Assembly (NCBI GenBank): GCA_938028625.1
Contig: CALIZB010000066.1
Span: 1 to 32,110 of the forward strand
Direction: 5' to 3'
Length of the DNA stretch: 32,110 bases
Source: an uncultured Bacteroidia bacterium
GTDB taxonomy: Bacteria > Bacteroidota > Bacteroidia > JANWVE01
Position 1 is the first letter of the stretch. Each line of letters begins with the position of its first letter. Of the stretch, positions 1 through 9,595 are shown one piece after another. The notes beneath the pieces are model-generated. The model made no database searches. It saw only the letters and a program-made list of their open reading frames with translations, and was not told where the DNA came from. Position numbers and translations under genes: made by a program.

Positions 1-203
1 CGTGCTAATAAAGAATTTAGCTATTTTTTCGTTTTGCATCAAACGCTTAAAGACAAGGTCATAGATAGGATTGGCAATAATCATGGTACAAAAATAGGGA
101 AAATATACAATTTTTTGATTTTTAACTTTTGAATGCCATAAAATACAGTTATAATATCCGATTTTTGGTTGGTCAGGTCGGAAAGATTTTATATTTTCGT
201 GGC

Positions 204-998
204 ATGAGAAAAATAAATGCTTTTTTAATTATAGACGCACAGTATGATTTTTGTAATCCACAAGGTAGCTTATATGTACCGGGTGCAGAGCAAGATATTC
301 AAAGAATAAGCGAATTTATTCAAAATAATACTCACAAAATAGACCATATCTGTTTAACTATGGATGCCCACCCTGTGAATGATATTGCTCACCCTGCTTT
401 TTGGCAAGATGAACACGGGAATAATCCCACTCCTTTTACTCAAATATCCTTTGAAGATGTAGAAAATGGTAAATGGAAGCCGCGTTATTTTGCAGAACAA
501 GCCAAAGAATACCTGCAAAAATTAGAAGAACAGGGCGAGTTTCCGCATACAATATGGCCAGAACACTGTCTTATGGGACACAAAGGAAGTTGTATAGAAC
601 AAACCCTCATAGATGCCGTAATACATTGGTCAAGACATACAGGTAGATATTATCAGATAGTCAGCAAAGGTACATATCCCCTTACAGAACATTTTGGTAT
701 TTTCATTGCCCAAGTTACTTATCCTGACAGACCTGAAACCCAACTTAATCAAACTCTGATAGATACACTCATGCAATTTGAACATGTGTATTTGTGCGGA
801 GAAGCTAAATCTCATTGTGTAGCTACCAGTTTGAAACAAATTATGCGCTATGCACCTGAACTTGCCCAAAAAGTAATCGTATTACAAAACTGCATGTCTG
901 ATGTACCAGGGTTAGGGCATTTAGGCGAACCTATCTATCAAGAAGCAAAAAATATAGGCGTAAAATTTGCCAATATTGAGGACATTACTTTGTTCTAA
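204..998 (+). CDS. pncA: Nicotinamidase/pyrazinamidase-like isochorismatase-family hydrolase. The track ORF begins at TTG 129; ATG 204 is the likelier start.
   Basis: N-terminal 'AFLIIDAQYDFCNPQGSLYVPGA' matches the PncA 'DxQxDFC...G' hallmark. A conserved Cys lies in 'LCGEAKSHCVATS', giving a D/K/C catalytic-triad arrangement. Uninterrupted 289-codon frame. Confidence 0.65.
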   Translation: MRKINAFLIIDAQYDFCNPQGSLYVPGAEQDIQRISEFIQNNTHKIDHICLTMDAHPVNDIAHPAFWQDEHGNNPTPFTQISFEDVENGKWKPRYFAEQAKEYLQKLEEQGEFPHTIWPEHCLMGHKGSCIEQTLIDAVIHWSRHTGRYYQIVSKGTYPLTEHFGIFIAQVTYPDRPETQLNQTLIDTLMQFEHVYLCGEAKSHCVATSLKQIMRYAPELAQKVIVLQNCMSDVPGLGHLGEPIYQEAKNIGVKFANIEDITLF

Positions 999-1060
999 CT
1001 TTGCTTTTGCATTTTGTTTATTTACTTTTGTGGGCAAAACTTTTAAGCACTTTCTTAACT

Positions 1061-2404
1061 ATGGAATTAAAACCACTAACCGCTATCAGTGCCATAGACG
1101 GCAGATATAGAGATAAAGTAAAGGAGCTATCCGTTTATTTTTCTGAATATGCTTTGCATGTATATCGTGTAAAAATAGAGATTGAATATTTTATTGCACT
1201 AACAGAAATACCTCTTCCCGCGCTTGTGAATTTTCCATCTTCGGCAGCATCCGCTTTAAGAAATTGGTCTAATCACTTAAATTACAATGAAATCCGTGAG
1301 ATAAAAAGCATAGAAAAAATCACCAATCATGATGTAAAGGCAGTAGAATACTTTATTAAACAAAAGTTTGATGAATTAGACCTGTCAGAATACAAAGAAT
1401 ATGTGCATTTTGGGCTTACTTCGCAGGATATTAACAATACCGCCATTCCTTTGCTTTTGCAAGATGCCCATGAAAAAGTGTATATACCTGAACTGCAAAA
1501 AATAATAGATAAACTTAAAGAATATGCTAATTTATGGAAAAAAGTACCTATGCTTGCCCGTACCCATGGACAGCCTGCCAGCCCTACAAGACTAGGTAAA
1601 GAAATTAAAGTATTTGTAGAACGATTAGAAAAACAATTAGAACTTTTGCAAGATGTGCCTTTTTCTGCCAAATTTGGGGGAGCAACAGGTAATTTCAATG
1701 CCCATAAAGTTGCTTTTCCTGACATTGACTGGGTTGCTTTTGCTAATATGCTCATCAACCAAAAATTAGGTTTGTATCGTAGTCAGACCACAACACAAAT
1801 AGAACATTATGATAATCTAGCCGCTTATTGTGATAATCTCCGCAGGATAAATATCATTCTCATAGATTTTGCTCGTGATATGTGGCAGTATATTTCTTAT
1901 GGATATTTTTCCCAAAAAATAAAAGCAAATGAAGTAGGTTCTTCAGCTATGCCCCATAAAGTAAATCCCATAGATTTTGAAAATGCAGAAGGTAATCTTG
2001 GCTATGCCAATGCTATTTTTGAGTTTTTAAGTAATAAATTGCCTATCTCTCGCTTACAAAGAGATTTGACGGATTCCACAGTTCTCCGTAACCTCGGAAC
2101 CCCCATAGCACACACCTATTTAGCCTTCAAATCTTTAATGGCAGGATTAAAAAAGATAGAAATTAACCTCCCCGCTATCAAAAAAGACCTTAATAACAAC
2201 TGGGCAGTAGTAGCAGAAGCTATACAAACTATTCTCCGCAGGGAAAACTATCCCAATCCTTATGAAAAACTCAAAGAGCTTACTCGCGTAAATAGCAAAA
2301 TTACCCAAGAAGACATACACAATTTTATAGACAGTCTGGACATCAGCGATGCGCTTAAAAATGAACTTAAAGAAATAACCCCGTTCAATTACACAGGAAT
2401 ATAG
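1061..2404 (+). CDS. purB: Adenylosuccinate lyase. The track ORF starts at TTG 1001; ATG 1061 gives the canonical 'MELKPLTAISAIDGRY' N-terminus.
   Basis: Fumarate-lyase signature 'GSSAMPHKVNPIDFENAEG'. The N-terminus 'LTAISAIDGRYRDK' is typical of the long (E. coli-type) PurB. Length about 448 aa. Confidence 0.9.
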   Translation: MELKPLTAISAIDGRYRDKVKELSVYFSEYALHVYRVKIEIEYFIALTEIPLPALVNFPSSAASALRNWSNHLNYNEIREIKSIEKITNHDVKAVEYFIKQKFDELDLSEYKEYVHFGLTSQDINNTAIPLLLQDAHEKVYIPELQKIIDKLKEYANLWKKVPMLARTHGQPASPTRLGKEIKVFVERLEKQLELLQDVPFSAKFGGATGNFNAHKVAFPDIDWVAFANMLINQKLGLYRSQTTTQIEHYDNLAAYCDNLRRINIILIDFARDMWQYISYGYFSQKIKANEVGSSAMPHKVNPIDFENAEGNLGYANAIFEFLSNKLPISRLQRDLTDSTVLRNLGTPIAHTYLAFKSLMAGLKKIEINLPAIKKDLNNNWAVVAEAIQTILRRENYPNPYEKLKELTRVNSKITQEDIHNFIDSLDISDALKNELKEITPFNYTGI

Positions 2405-2491
2405 AAGCACAATGTCTTTGTTAAAGATTATGATACAACACTTTGTTTTTGGGTAAATTTTCTTAACTTTGTTTTTTATACTGTTATTGTT

Positions 2492-3022
2492 ATGGAAAAA
2501 TTTCTCGTACTGGTAGTAGTGTTGTTATTTATATACAATCTACTCAAACCCAATAAAAAAAAGCAAGGTAAAGCAACAGCAAATACTTTTCAGGATTTGC
2601 AGAAACTGCTTTCCAATATAGAACAAAATAAAACTGTCAGTACCAAAACAGCAAACAATAATACACCCCAGAAGCAGAATACTGCATTAAAAACAGAAAG
2701 TTATACCACACTTGAAAAAACAGATATAGAGGTTGAAACATACGAAACCAACACGTATGATGATGAAATTAGTCTGTCTGAGTATCTAGAAAGCAAAAAG
2801 AGAAGTAAAGGTTTTGAAAATTTAGAAGTGTCACAATTGTATACAAGTGATAGCATAGATACGAATACATCTTTTGAAAAAGAAGATGCAAAATGGTTAA
2901 ATCAGTCTTTGAAAGACAATGCTGACCATTCTGACAAACACACAAAAAAAGCTAAACTTACTGCAAAAGACATCAAAAAAGCCTATATCACTAATCAGAT
3001 TTTGGAAAGAAAATACATCTAA
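2492..3022 (+). CDS. Hypothetical membrane-anchored protein with a low-complexity Lys/Thr/Glu/Asn-rich ectodomain.
   Basis: ATG start, one N-terminal hydrophobic helix (LVLVVVLLFIYNLL) followed by KKKQGK, then a disordered polar sequence. No recognisable domain. Confidence 0.45.
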   Translation: MEKFLVLVVVLLFIYNLLKPNKKKQGKATANTFQDLQKLLSNIEQNKTVSTKTANNNTPQKQNTALKTESYTTLEKTDIEVETYETNTYDDEISLSEYLESKKRSKGFENLEVSQLYTSDSIDTNTSFEKEDAKWLNQSLKDNADHSDKHTKKAKLTAKDIKKAYITNQILERKYI

Positions 3023-3062
3023 CCTGTTAAATCTTGGTATAAAAATAGTCTATGTAGAAACC

Positions 3063-4283
3063 TTACTTACTTCCTAGTACAATTACCCAAAAGAAGCCTT
3101 CATTTTTTTGTTCAGGAATAGAATTATGCTCAGCTACGGGAACAATACCTATGCCTATTTGTTTTACATCAGGTTTGGTAATGTTCATTTGAGAAACTTC
3201 TTGTTTTAGCCATGCATCTAATACTTCGTTTGGATTTTTAGTACCTATGTAGATACACTCTACGCACTTACCTTCATAACCTGCTTGTTTAGCACGTTTA
3301 GTAGCATCAGATTTGTTTACTCCTGCATCAGAAAAATAGTTTATAGTGCGCATATCCCATGCGTGCAATGCGGCTGCGCGGGAAAGTTCGGTACTGATAT
3401 TAGCAGGGGCAGGACGTTTTTTATTCACTTCGGTAGCTAATGCATCAATTACAGATTTATGAGCGTTGAGTAGAGAATCAGCAAAAGTAATTTGTTCTGA
3501 CGTATAAGGTTCATAGAAAAATTTGAGTTTTTTAGTCTTAGGGTCTTTTTTCTTGGTTGTCAGCATGATAGGAGTCATTTTAAGTTCCCTTACTTTGCTA
3601 TCATTTGGGAACATCTCTGAAGCCTGCGTAAGTAACTCTTGTGCTTTAAGATAGTTATTTACCTGTGCATAATAACGGATAAGTTCTACAAAAACCTCGG
3701 CATTGTATCTGTCCTTAAACTTTGGTCTTTTACTTTTGAAATCCGCATATTGAGACTCTGCAATAGGTGTAAAACTATTTACATAATCTTTTTCTTTGTT
3801 GTTCAGCGCGCATTTACCTGCATAATAATACCCCATGCCATCAGGGTCTATTTTACCTGCTTGTAAAAAAATGGGCTTAGCTTCACTATATTTTTTCTCA
3901 TTGTATAACGCCATTCCTTTACGAATAGTAATGTTACTAATAGTATCTAAAAAAGGACGGAATTTTTTTATGTTCTTGTCCTTTGGAGAAGCAGAACGAG
4001 TAGCCGTCATGGCATCTTTGGTAGCTAACTCTACTGCGTTAGGGTATTTTTCCACTAATTTAGGGTCTTTTGAAAGTTGATAGTAAGCATCAGCACGATA
4101 TAGCAATAATTTTACGCGTTCGCTACCTCCTGCTTTTTTCAGCACTTTTCCCACCATTTGCACACATTCTTCATATTCAGCCTGTTCATAAGCCGCCATT
4201 GCTTGTTTTGGAGTAGGAGTTTGTGCTATACTTACAGCTAAACCAAACAATGAGATAACGATAAAAGAAAATACTGTTTTCAT
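3063..4283 (-). CDS. Hypothetical secreted protein or lipoprotein with a TPR-like helical-repeat N-terminal half.
   Basis: Signal peptide MKTVFSFIVISLFGLAVSIAQ. Repeated A/Y/K-rich helical segments ('YEQAEYEECVQMVGKVL', 'ALYNEKKYSEAKPIFLQAGKIDP', 'LIRYYAQVNNYLKAQELL') look TPR-like. The C-terminal ~120 aa are of unknown fold. Confidence 0.5.
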   Translation of the reverse strand: MKTVFSFIVISLFGLAVSIAQTPTPKQAMAAYEQAEYEECVQMVGKVLKKAGGSERVKLLLYRADAYYQLSKDPKLVEKYPNAVELATKDAMTATRSASPKDKNIKKFRPFLDTISNITIRKGMALYNEKKYSEAKPIFLQAGKIDPDGMGYYYAGKCALNNKEKDYVNSFTPIAESQYADFKSKRPKFKDRYNAEVFVELIRYYAQVNNYLKAQELLTQASEMFPNDSKVRELKMTPIMLTTKKKDPKTKKLKFFYEPYTSEQITFADSLLNAHKSVIDALATEVNKKRPAPANISTELSRAAALHAWDMRTINYFSDAGVNKSDATKRAKQAGYEGKCVECIYIGTKNPNEVLDAWLKQEVSQMNITKPDVKQIGIGIVPVAEHNSIPEQKNEGFFWVIVLGSK

Positions 4284-4485
4284 AGGTTTTTGATATGATT
4301 TACAAAATTACAACTATTCTTAAAAATTGCAAATTTTTCTTTAAACTTATTAGATAAATTTTACAACTTAACATTTTTTTATTTCTCAATATGCCTTAAA
4401 TTAGTAAAAACACACATTTTCCCACATTTTTTAGAAACATTTTTTCTGTATTAAATAATAGTTTCCTTTACTTTGAACCTAATTC

Positions 4486-6267
4486 ATGTATTGGCAAACC
4501 GCAGGTGTATATTGTGGGATAGGATATATTCAAGTAATGCTTATACTTGGCATAGGAATAGGCATACTACGCATTTTACAGATAAAAATAGAAAGTATAT
4601 TCAAACTTATCTTTTATGCTTTATGTACGGGCATATATGTATGGATATTAGTTACATCACTCATTTATACACAAGGTAAAACCATTTTATTAGGCAGTTT
4701 GCCCTTGATAATAGCTTTAACTTGGCAATTCAAATCTAATAAAGATATTTCTAAACAAATTGCTTCATATTTTTATTTCCACAACTCTTTTTTTAAGTTC
4801 ATTGCAATAAGTTTAGGTATCTGGATTTGGACATCACTATTGAATATATATTGTATTTCACTTAACGGTCAGCATTTATATTTGCCCCACTTTGATATTT
4901 TACACAGCATTGAGATTAGCCAAAATTTACAACAGAATGGCACAGAAACGTACTATTATTGGCAAAAAGGTTCAAATACCTTTCCATACCATTATGCAGA
5001 GATATGGTTGCATGCGGGTATACAAGCCTTATGGCATACTCAAAAAACATGGACTTGGCAAGGTATAGTTGTACCCTTATTACAATTTACGCTTGTTATA
5101 GGATTATTGAGTATAGTTGAGCATTATCAAAAAGAAGTAAACAGATACTGGATAAGTATTGCTTGCGGATTTTTGTTGTTTCAAGGCTGGTTAAATATCT
5201 CTCTACCTCATTTTGATGCTCATTTTGATTTTACACGGTACGTAAGCATGATAGGCGCTACAAAATTTCTCGTAGTAGGAATAGTTTGTATTGTATATCT
5301 ATTGAGTAATGATAAGGTAAAACACTGGACTATATTACTTTTGCCTATATTCTCTATTATTACTTTACCTGCCGTTGTAACACTCATAGCTTTAACATGG
5401 ATAAAAACTAAACAAAAACAATGTATACTCGGAATTGGACTTTTAATAATATGGATATTTGGATTTTATTTTATTACAGGAACGCACAATTCTTCTTTTT
5501 CTGATGTATTAGTATCTCCATCAAATAGAGATTTTCGGCAAAATCAAGCATATTCGCTTATTTTAGCTATTATTTTTTATTTACCTACATTGTTCTGGGT
5601 ACAAGAAAAGACTATTTTAATACAACTATTGGTAATTTTTGTAATAGGTTACGCATTATTTTTAGGAATTTATTGGTTGTATGATAGCTATCAATTTTTA
5701 GTTTTGTTTGGGATACCTTTTGCATGGGCGCATTCTTGGGTAGTGATAGTAAAAAATAAGAAAAAAATTATGACAACGTTTTTGTATGTAATTATAGCAT
5801 TTTCATTGATACAAACACTTTTATACAAAAAAGATTTTCAGCGTACAGCAATAGACAATGCTTGGATAAATGAAATTTATACTTATTTAATTACAAAAAA
5901 TGTTATACAACAAGGTGCGGCATTATGGTATTATGATATTAGACAATCGCATGTATTTTGTTGGAAGGAAAAAAACATTAAAATGACTTCATTATTAGCA
6001 CAACCTACTTCTTTTAACTTTGATAAAATTACGCGAGAATCTCTTTCCGATACACTTTCTAACTACATGGTACAAAAAAATTTGCTTTTTCACCCTAAAT
6101 CCAATAAAAAATTAGAAACACAAATATTCTCATTTTGTAAGCAGAATAAACTACATTTTTTAGTCTATCCGACAGAACTTTTATCTTTTGATGAATATCA
6201 AGCGGATATTTTATGTTATTTTGAGAGTAAGAAAGATAAGTTAAATTGTATAGTGTTTGAACCTTAA
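4486..6267 (+). CDS. Hypothetical polytopic integral membrane protein (at least 10 predicted TM helices) with a C-terminal soluble domain of about 170 aa.
   Basis: Long runs of hydrophobic residues are spaced by short loops through residues 1-420. The C-terminus is hydrophilic. The gene overlaps the convergent M1 peptidase gene by 4 bp. Confidence 0.5.
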   Translation: MYWQTAGVYCGIGYIQVMLILGIGIGILRILQIKIESIFKLIFYALCTGIYVWILVTSLIYTQGKTILLGSLPLIIALTWQFKSNKDISKQIASYFYFHNSFFKFIAISLGIWIWTSLLNIYCISLNGQHLYLPHFDILHSIEISQNLQQNGTETYYYWQKGSNTFPYHYAEIWLHAGIQALWHTQKTWTWQGIVVPLLQFTLVIGLLSIVEHYQKEVNRYWISIACGFLLFQGWLNISLPHFDAHFDFTRYVSMIGATKFLVVGIVCIVYLLSNDKVKHWTILLLPIFSIITLPAVVTLIALTWIKTKQKQCILGIGLLIIWIFGFYFITGTHNSSFSDVLVSPSNRDFRQNQAYSLILAIIFYLPTLFWVQEKTILIQLLVIFVIGYALFLGIYWLYDSYQFLVLFGIPFAWAHSWVVIVKNKKKIMTTFLYVIIAFSLIQTLLYKKDFQRTAIDNAWINEIYTYLITKNVIQQGAALWYYDIRQSHVFCWKEKNIKMTSLLAQPTSFNFDKITRESLSDTLSNYMVQKNLLFHPKSNKKLETQIFSFCKQNKLHFLVYPTELLSFDEYQADILCYFESKKDKLNCIVFEP

Positions 6268-9200
6268 AAGCATCTACCGATACCGATAATCCATCTGAAT
6301 TGAAAGGGATTTTGTCCTTGCGGTACATAAGAAAGCCAAAATGGCATATCCAATCTCAATACAAAAGGATTAGATTGATAGCCACGCGGAGGAGGTAAAG
6401 TAAACGCAATTCCTATTCCTGCATCTTGTAATATGCGTGTATTAGGCATGTTATTATACACATATGTACTATTAGCGATAATGTTTGTAATGTATCCTGC
6501 ATCATAAAACAAATATGGATTCCATTTGATACGCCCGCGTAAACGTGAAGGTACTTTGCTGTGCCATCTCGTACGCAATAACTTTACAAAATCTAATTCT
6601 ATGTTTGTGGCTAAACCTGTATTGCCTACCGTGATGAGATTATTATTTTCATCTAACACAAAATAACGAGCATAACCTCTTACATTTAGTCCTCCGCCAA
6701 GTTGAAGGTGTGCAGGTATTTTACCTTGATTTCTTACATACAAACTTTCAGGAAACATGTATGCTCTATACCATTGATTATCAAACTCTTGTTCAGGATT
6801 AGCACCATAAAGATATAAATTACTTTCAGCAATGTTATTCATTCCAATTTGTCCAAATAAACGCCATTTAATATCAAATTTTTTGCGATTATGTTGTAGT
6901 AAAATCTGCGTATTGAAGTAACTATTATTATTTTGAGCAACTAATCCAGGTACTACAAGTTCGGCATTAGTTCGGATAAGTCCCCAAGAAGTCAGTTTTT
7001 GTTTTTCTGTACCAATGCGAATAGATGAGTTAATTGTATTATTTGACCAAAGATTAGGGTTAGGTAAAAACTCGTTATCTATATCCGTAGGTCTAACCAT
7101 AATTTTGTAGTAAGCAAATACTTTTGTATAATTTTTACTGCCTACTACCGCGGCAAAAGTTTTACGCAAACCTTCTTTAATCTGCCATAATCCATCACGT
7201 ATTTCTGCATGATGAAAATGATAAATTTGTTTATCTAATTTACGTATGGGTGCAGAATATGTTGCTCTAAAAGAAACAAGGTTAATTTTATTTTTGTAAG
7301 TACTATCTGTTATTCCGTAGCGATAAAACCTGCCTAACGTAGTATTTGCCCATATTGCGGATTCAAAAAGATGTGTATTAAAATAATTACTTTTAATTTG
7401 AATACCTGTTTGAACTCCTGTTAAACCGTTATACCATATATCAGGTCTGTAATAGGTACGTGTATGTTTCCAATCAGGATAGTCAGGATAAACACCACTT
7501 TCAAATTTAATGATGTTTTTGTGTTTAAGTTGATTATCGCGTAAATCTATATCAGCGAGTAGATATTCAGGGTCTATGACAAGGTTATCTAACTGAGCAG
7601 GGAGTTCAAATTCAAAGGTATAAGTAGGATTTAAGCGTTTTCCCCAACCTCGCCATATAGGTAATACTCGGGTATTGGGATATTTGAAAGGTTTTACAAA
7701 ATCTCTGTTTGGAATGTATGCGTAAAGAGTGTCTCCTTTTTTTGTAGTGAACATCAAATCTAATGGCATTTCCATGTCTGCTTTGCGTACTAATGTAACT
7801 TTTACCTTGTTATTATTCATTTTTTTTACAGACTGAATGCCGTAATCTATTTGTTTTTTTGTAGTTATCCACTCGTCAAAGAACCAATTAAGGTCTATTT
7901 TAGTAGCATCTATCATAGCTTGGCGAAAATCTTCTTCGTAAGGGTGTGCTATACACCATTTTTTGAAGTACGCTTGCATGCCTTGCCAAAAAAGTTTATC
8001 TCCGAGTACATATTTAAGGTTAAATAACATAGTAGCTGTTTTAGTGTATACTAATGTATGCCCTCTATCTTCACCGTTTCTGCGAAGTGAACCATCAAAG
8101 TCATCAGCATGGGTATTCAGTTGGATATCATAGCCGTTTTTTGCTCTCCATAAGTAGCTATAATACGCATTAGAATAAATAGCTTCTACTTCTTCATAGC
8201 GTTTTTCTACATAAGGAATGTATTTTAGGCGAATATCGTATTTACCATGTAAAATTTGCATCGCAATAATTTCCATAAATTGAGTAAAACCTTCGTCTAA
8301 CATAGGGCGATAAGTTTCATTAGAACCAATCATACCAAAAAACCAATTATGACCTACTTCATGGGCAAAAAGGCTTTTATATGTAGGCGACGAACCTCCG
8401 CACAAGGTAAGCATAGGATACTCCATGCCATCACGGGCGTCTGCTACTACCATTTTGGGATAAGCATATTTTCCTACCATAACAGAATATGTCTGAATGA
8501 TATTTGCAGTAAACTCTGCGGCATCTTGCCAACGTGGAGCATTAGGTTGCATAGCTAAGGCTATCACTTGTATACCATTCCAATTGGCTTCACCAATGCG
8601 ATAGGAAGGGTCTGCGGTAAAGCCAAAGTCATGTACATTAGTGGCATAGTATATCCAAGTTTTCTTTTTACCCTGCTCGGGGGCTATGAGACTAATAGGC
8701 GTTTGTGTAGCAGATTTGAAATTTTTTATATCTAATGCGGCACGCAAATCAGGGGGTAGTACTTGATTTTTATTTTGTAAAGTACCAGTGGCCTCTACAA
8801 TGTAATGGTGTGGTAAAGTTAAGTTAACTAAAAAACTACCAAAATCGCCGTAGAATTCGCGGTTAAGGTGCTGGTCTAATGCCCATTTGAATTTACGGTC
8901 ATACACAGCTATACGCGGATACCAATGTACAGCATCATAATGTTTTACACCATCATGTATAAACATTTTCATTCTACGGGGCTGTGAACCTATATCAAAA
9001 TAGGTCTTGAACTGTATGCTAAAAGTAACCTTGCTATGAGGTAGAATAGGTTTATCCAAAAATACTTTGAGAATAGTACCTTGTAATTCTGTATTTTGTA
9101 AGTTTCCTTCGTATTTAAGAGAGAGAACTTCAATATTCTTGTCTTGTTGTTCATATTTACCGTATTTAGGTTTAACATGTGTGCTATTTATGGTTAGGTT

Positions 9201-9509
9201 ATGTAAGTCAGAGTGCGGATTAAACGCATTTTGATATAGATTAAAATACGCTACTTTAAGAGTATCAGGGGAATTATTAGTATAAATAAGAGTTTCTGAA
9301 CCTTGAATAATATCAGTTTGGTCATCTAATTCGGCATCAATGGTATAGGCTACATCTTGTTGCCAATAACTTGGATAAGGGGGTTTGTTTTTCCAATAAT
9401 AAGGATTTTTTTGGCTGTCGTATTTATGAGCAGGATTAGTGTTATCAAACTGTGCGTGAGTATAACGGCACAGCCCCAAAAGCAAGATAAAAAAGATAAA
9501 GTGCTTCAT
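6264..9509 (-). CDS. Secreted M1-family (aminopeptidase N-like) zinc metallopeptidase with a long C-terminal extension. ATG 9509 is preferred over the TTG at 9518.
   Basis: Gluzincin motif 'HEVGHNWFFGMIGSNETYRPMLDEGFTQF', i.e. HExxHxW followed about 18 residues later by E. Signal peptide MKHFIFFILLLGLCRYTHAQ. The C-terminus ends in an aromatic residue (…GIGRCF), which is suggestive of a beta-barrel or outer-membrane association. Confidence 0.8.
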   Translation of the reverse strand: MKHFIFFILLLGLCRYTHAQFDNTNPAHKYDSQKNPYYWKNKPPYPSYWQQDVAYTIDAELDDQTDIIQGSETLIYTNNSPDTLKVAYFNLYQNAFNPHSDLHNLTINSTHVKPKYGKYEQQDKNIEVLSLKYEGNLQNTELQGTILKVFLDKPILPHSKVTFSIQFKTYFDIGSQPRRMKMFIHDGVKHYDAVHWYPRIAVYDRKFKWALDQHLNREFYGDFGSFLVNLTLPHHYIVEATGTLQNKNQVLPPDLRAALDIKNFKSATQTPISLIAPEQGKKKTWIYYATNVHDFGFTADPSYRIGEANWNGIQVIALAMQPNAPRWQDAAEFTANIIQTYSVMVGKYAYPKMVVADARDGMEYPMLTLCGGSSPTYKSLFAHEVGHNWFFGMIGSNETYRPMLDEGFTQFMEIIAMQILHGKYDIRLKYIPYVEKRYEEVEAIYSNAYYSYLWRAKNGYDIQLNTHADDFDGSLRRNGEDRGHTLVYTKTATMLFNLKYVLGDKLFWQGMQAYFKKWCIAHPYEEDFRQAMIDATKIDLNWFFDEWITTKKQIDYGIQSVKKMNNNKVKVTLVRKADMEMPLDLMFTTKKGDTLYAYIPNRDFVKPFKYPNTRVLPIWRGWGKRLNPTYTFEFELPAQLDNLVIDPEYLLADIDLRDNQLKHKNIIKFESGVYPDYPDWKHTRTYYRPDIWYNGLTGVQTGIQIKSNYFNTHLFESAIWANTTLGRFYRYGITDSTYKNKINLVSFRATYSAPIRKLDKQIYHFHHAEIRDGLWQIKEGLRKTFAAVVGSKNYTKVFAYYKIMVRPTDIDNEFLPNPNLWSNNTINSSIRIGTEKQKLTSWGLIRTNAELVVPGLVAQNNNSYFNTQILLQHNRKKFDIKWRLFGQIGMNNIAESNLYLYGANPEQEFDNQWYRAYMFPESLYVRNQGKIPAHLQLGGGLNVRGYARYFVLDENNNLITVGNTGLATNIELDFVKLLRTRWHSKVPSRLRGRIKWNPYLFYDAGYITNIIANSTYVYNNMPNTRILQDAGIGIAFTLPPPRGYQSNPFVLRLDMPFWLSYVPQGQNPFQFRWIIGIGRCF

Positions 9510-9595
9510 GAAGCACAAAAATAAGTAGAAAGAACTTTATTTTGGTTTAATAATTCTAAAAACTGTCTGAGTCTTTGTTCCAAAGTTAGCATATA

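Noticed and set aside
129-203. TTG/GTG-extended N-termini in the ORF track (129, 1001, 9518, 14097, 23143, 26670, 27838 and 30998).
   Set aside because: In each case a downstream in-frame ATG yields the conserved family N-terminus or a proper signal peptide (for example purB 'MELKPLTAISAIDGRY' or M1 'MKHFIFF…'). The upstream extensions are most likely non-coding.
630-869. Minus-strand 79-aa ORF (630..869) inside pncA. The same rejection applies to the other short antisense or overlapping ORFs in the track: 1327..1758, 2147..2410, 3639..3866, 3835..4080, 6095..6328, 8349..8558, 8990..9178, 10014..10283, 11750..11947, 12599..12889, 12660..12878, 13691..13873, 14183..14407, 15321..15506, 16133..16408, 16653..16850, 16883..17131, 17285..17584, 18740..18952, 20114..20461, 20373..20594, 20743..20928, 21095..21373, 21457..21717, 21842..22075, 22388..22672, 23566..23751, 24056..24244, 24313..24786, 24883..25068, 25007..25375, 26135..26509, 26741..27070, 27813..27995, 27996..28340, 28099..28281, 28766..28981, 31281..31526, 31465..31653 and 31613..31828.
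   Set aside because: Each is fully embedded in, or antisense to, a long ORF with clear homology, or it spans structured intergenic DNA. Their composition is low-complexity (Cys/Phe/Ile-rich), as expected from reading AT-rich DNA out of frame. None has support as an independent gene.
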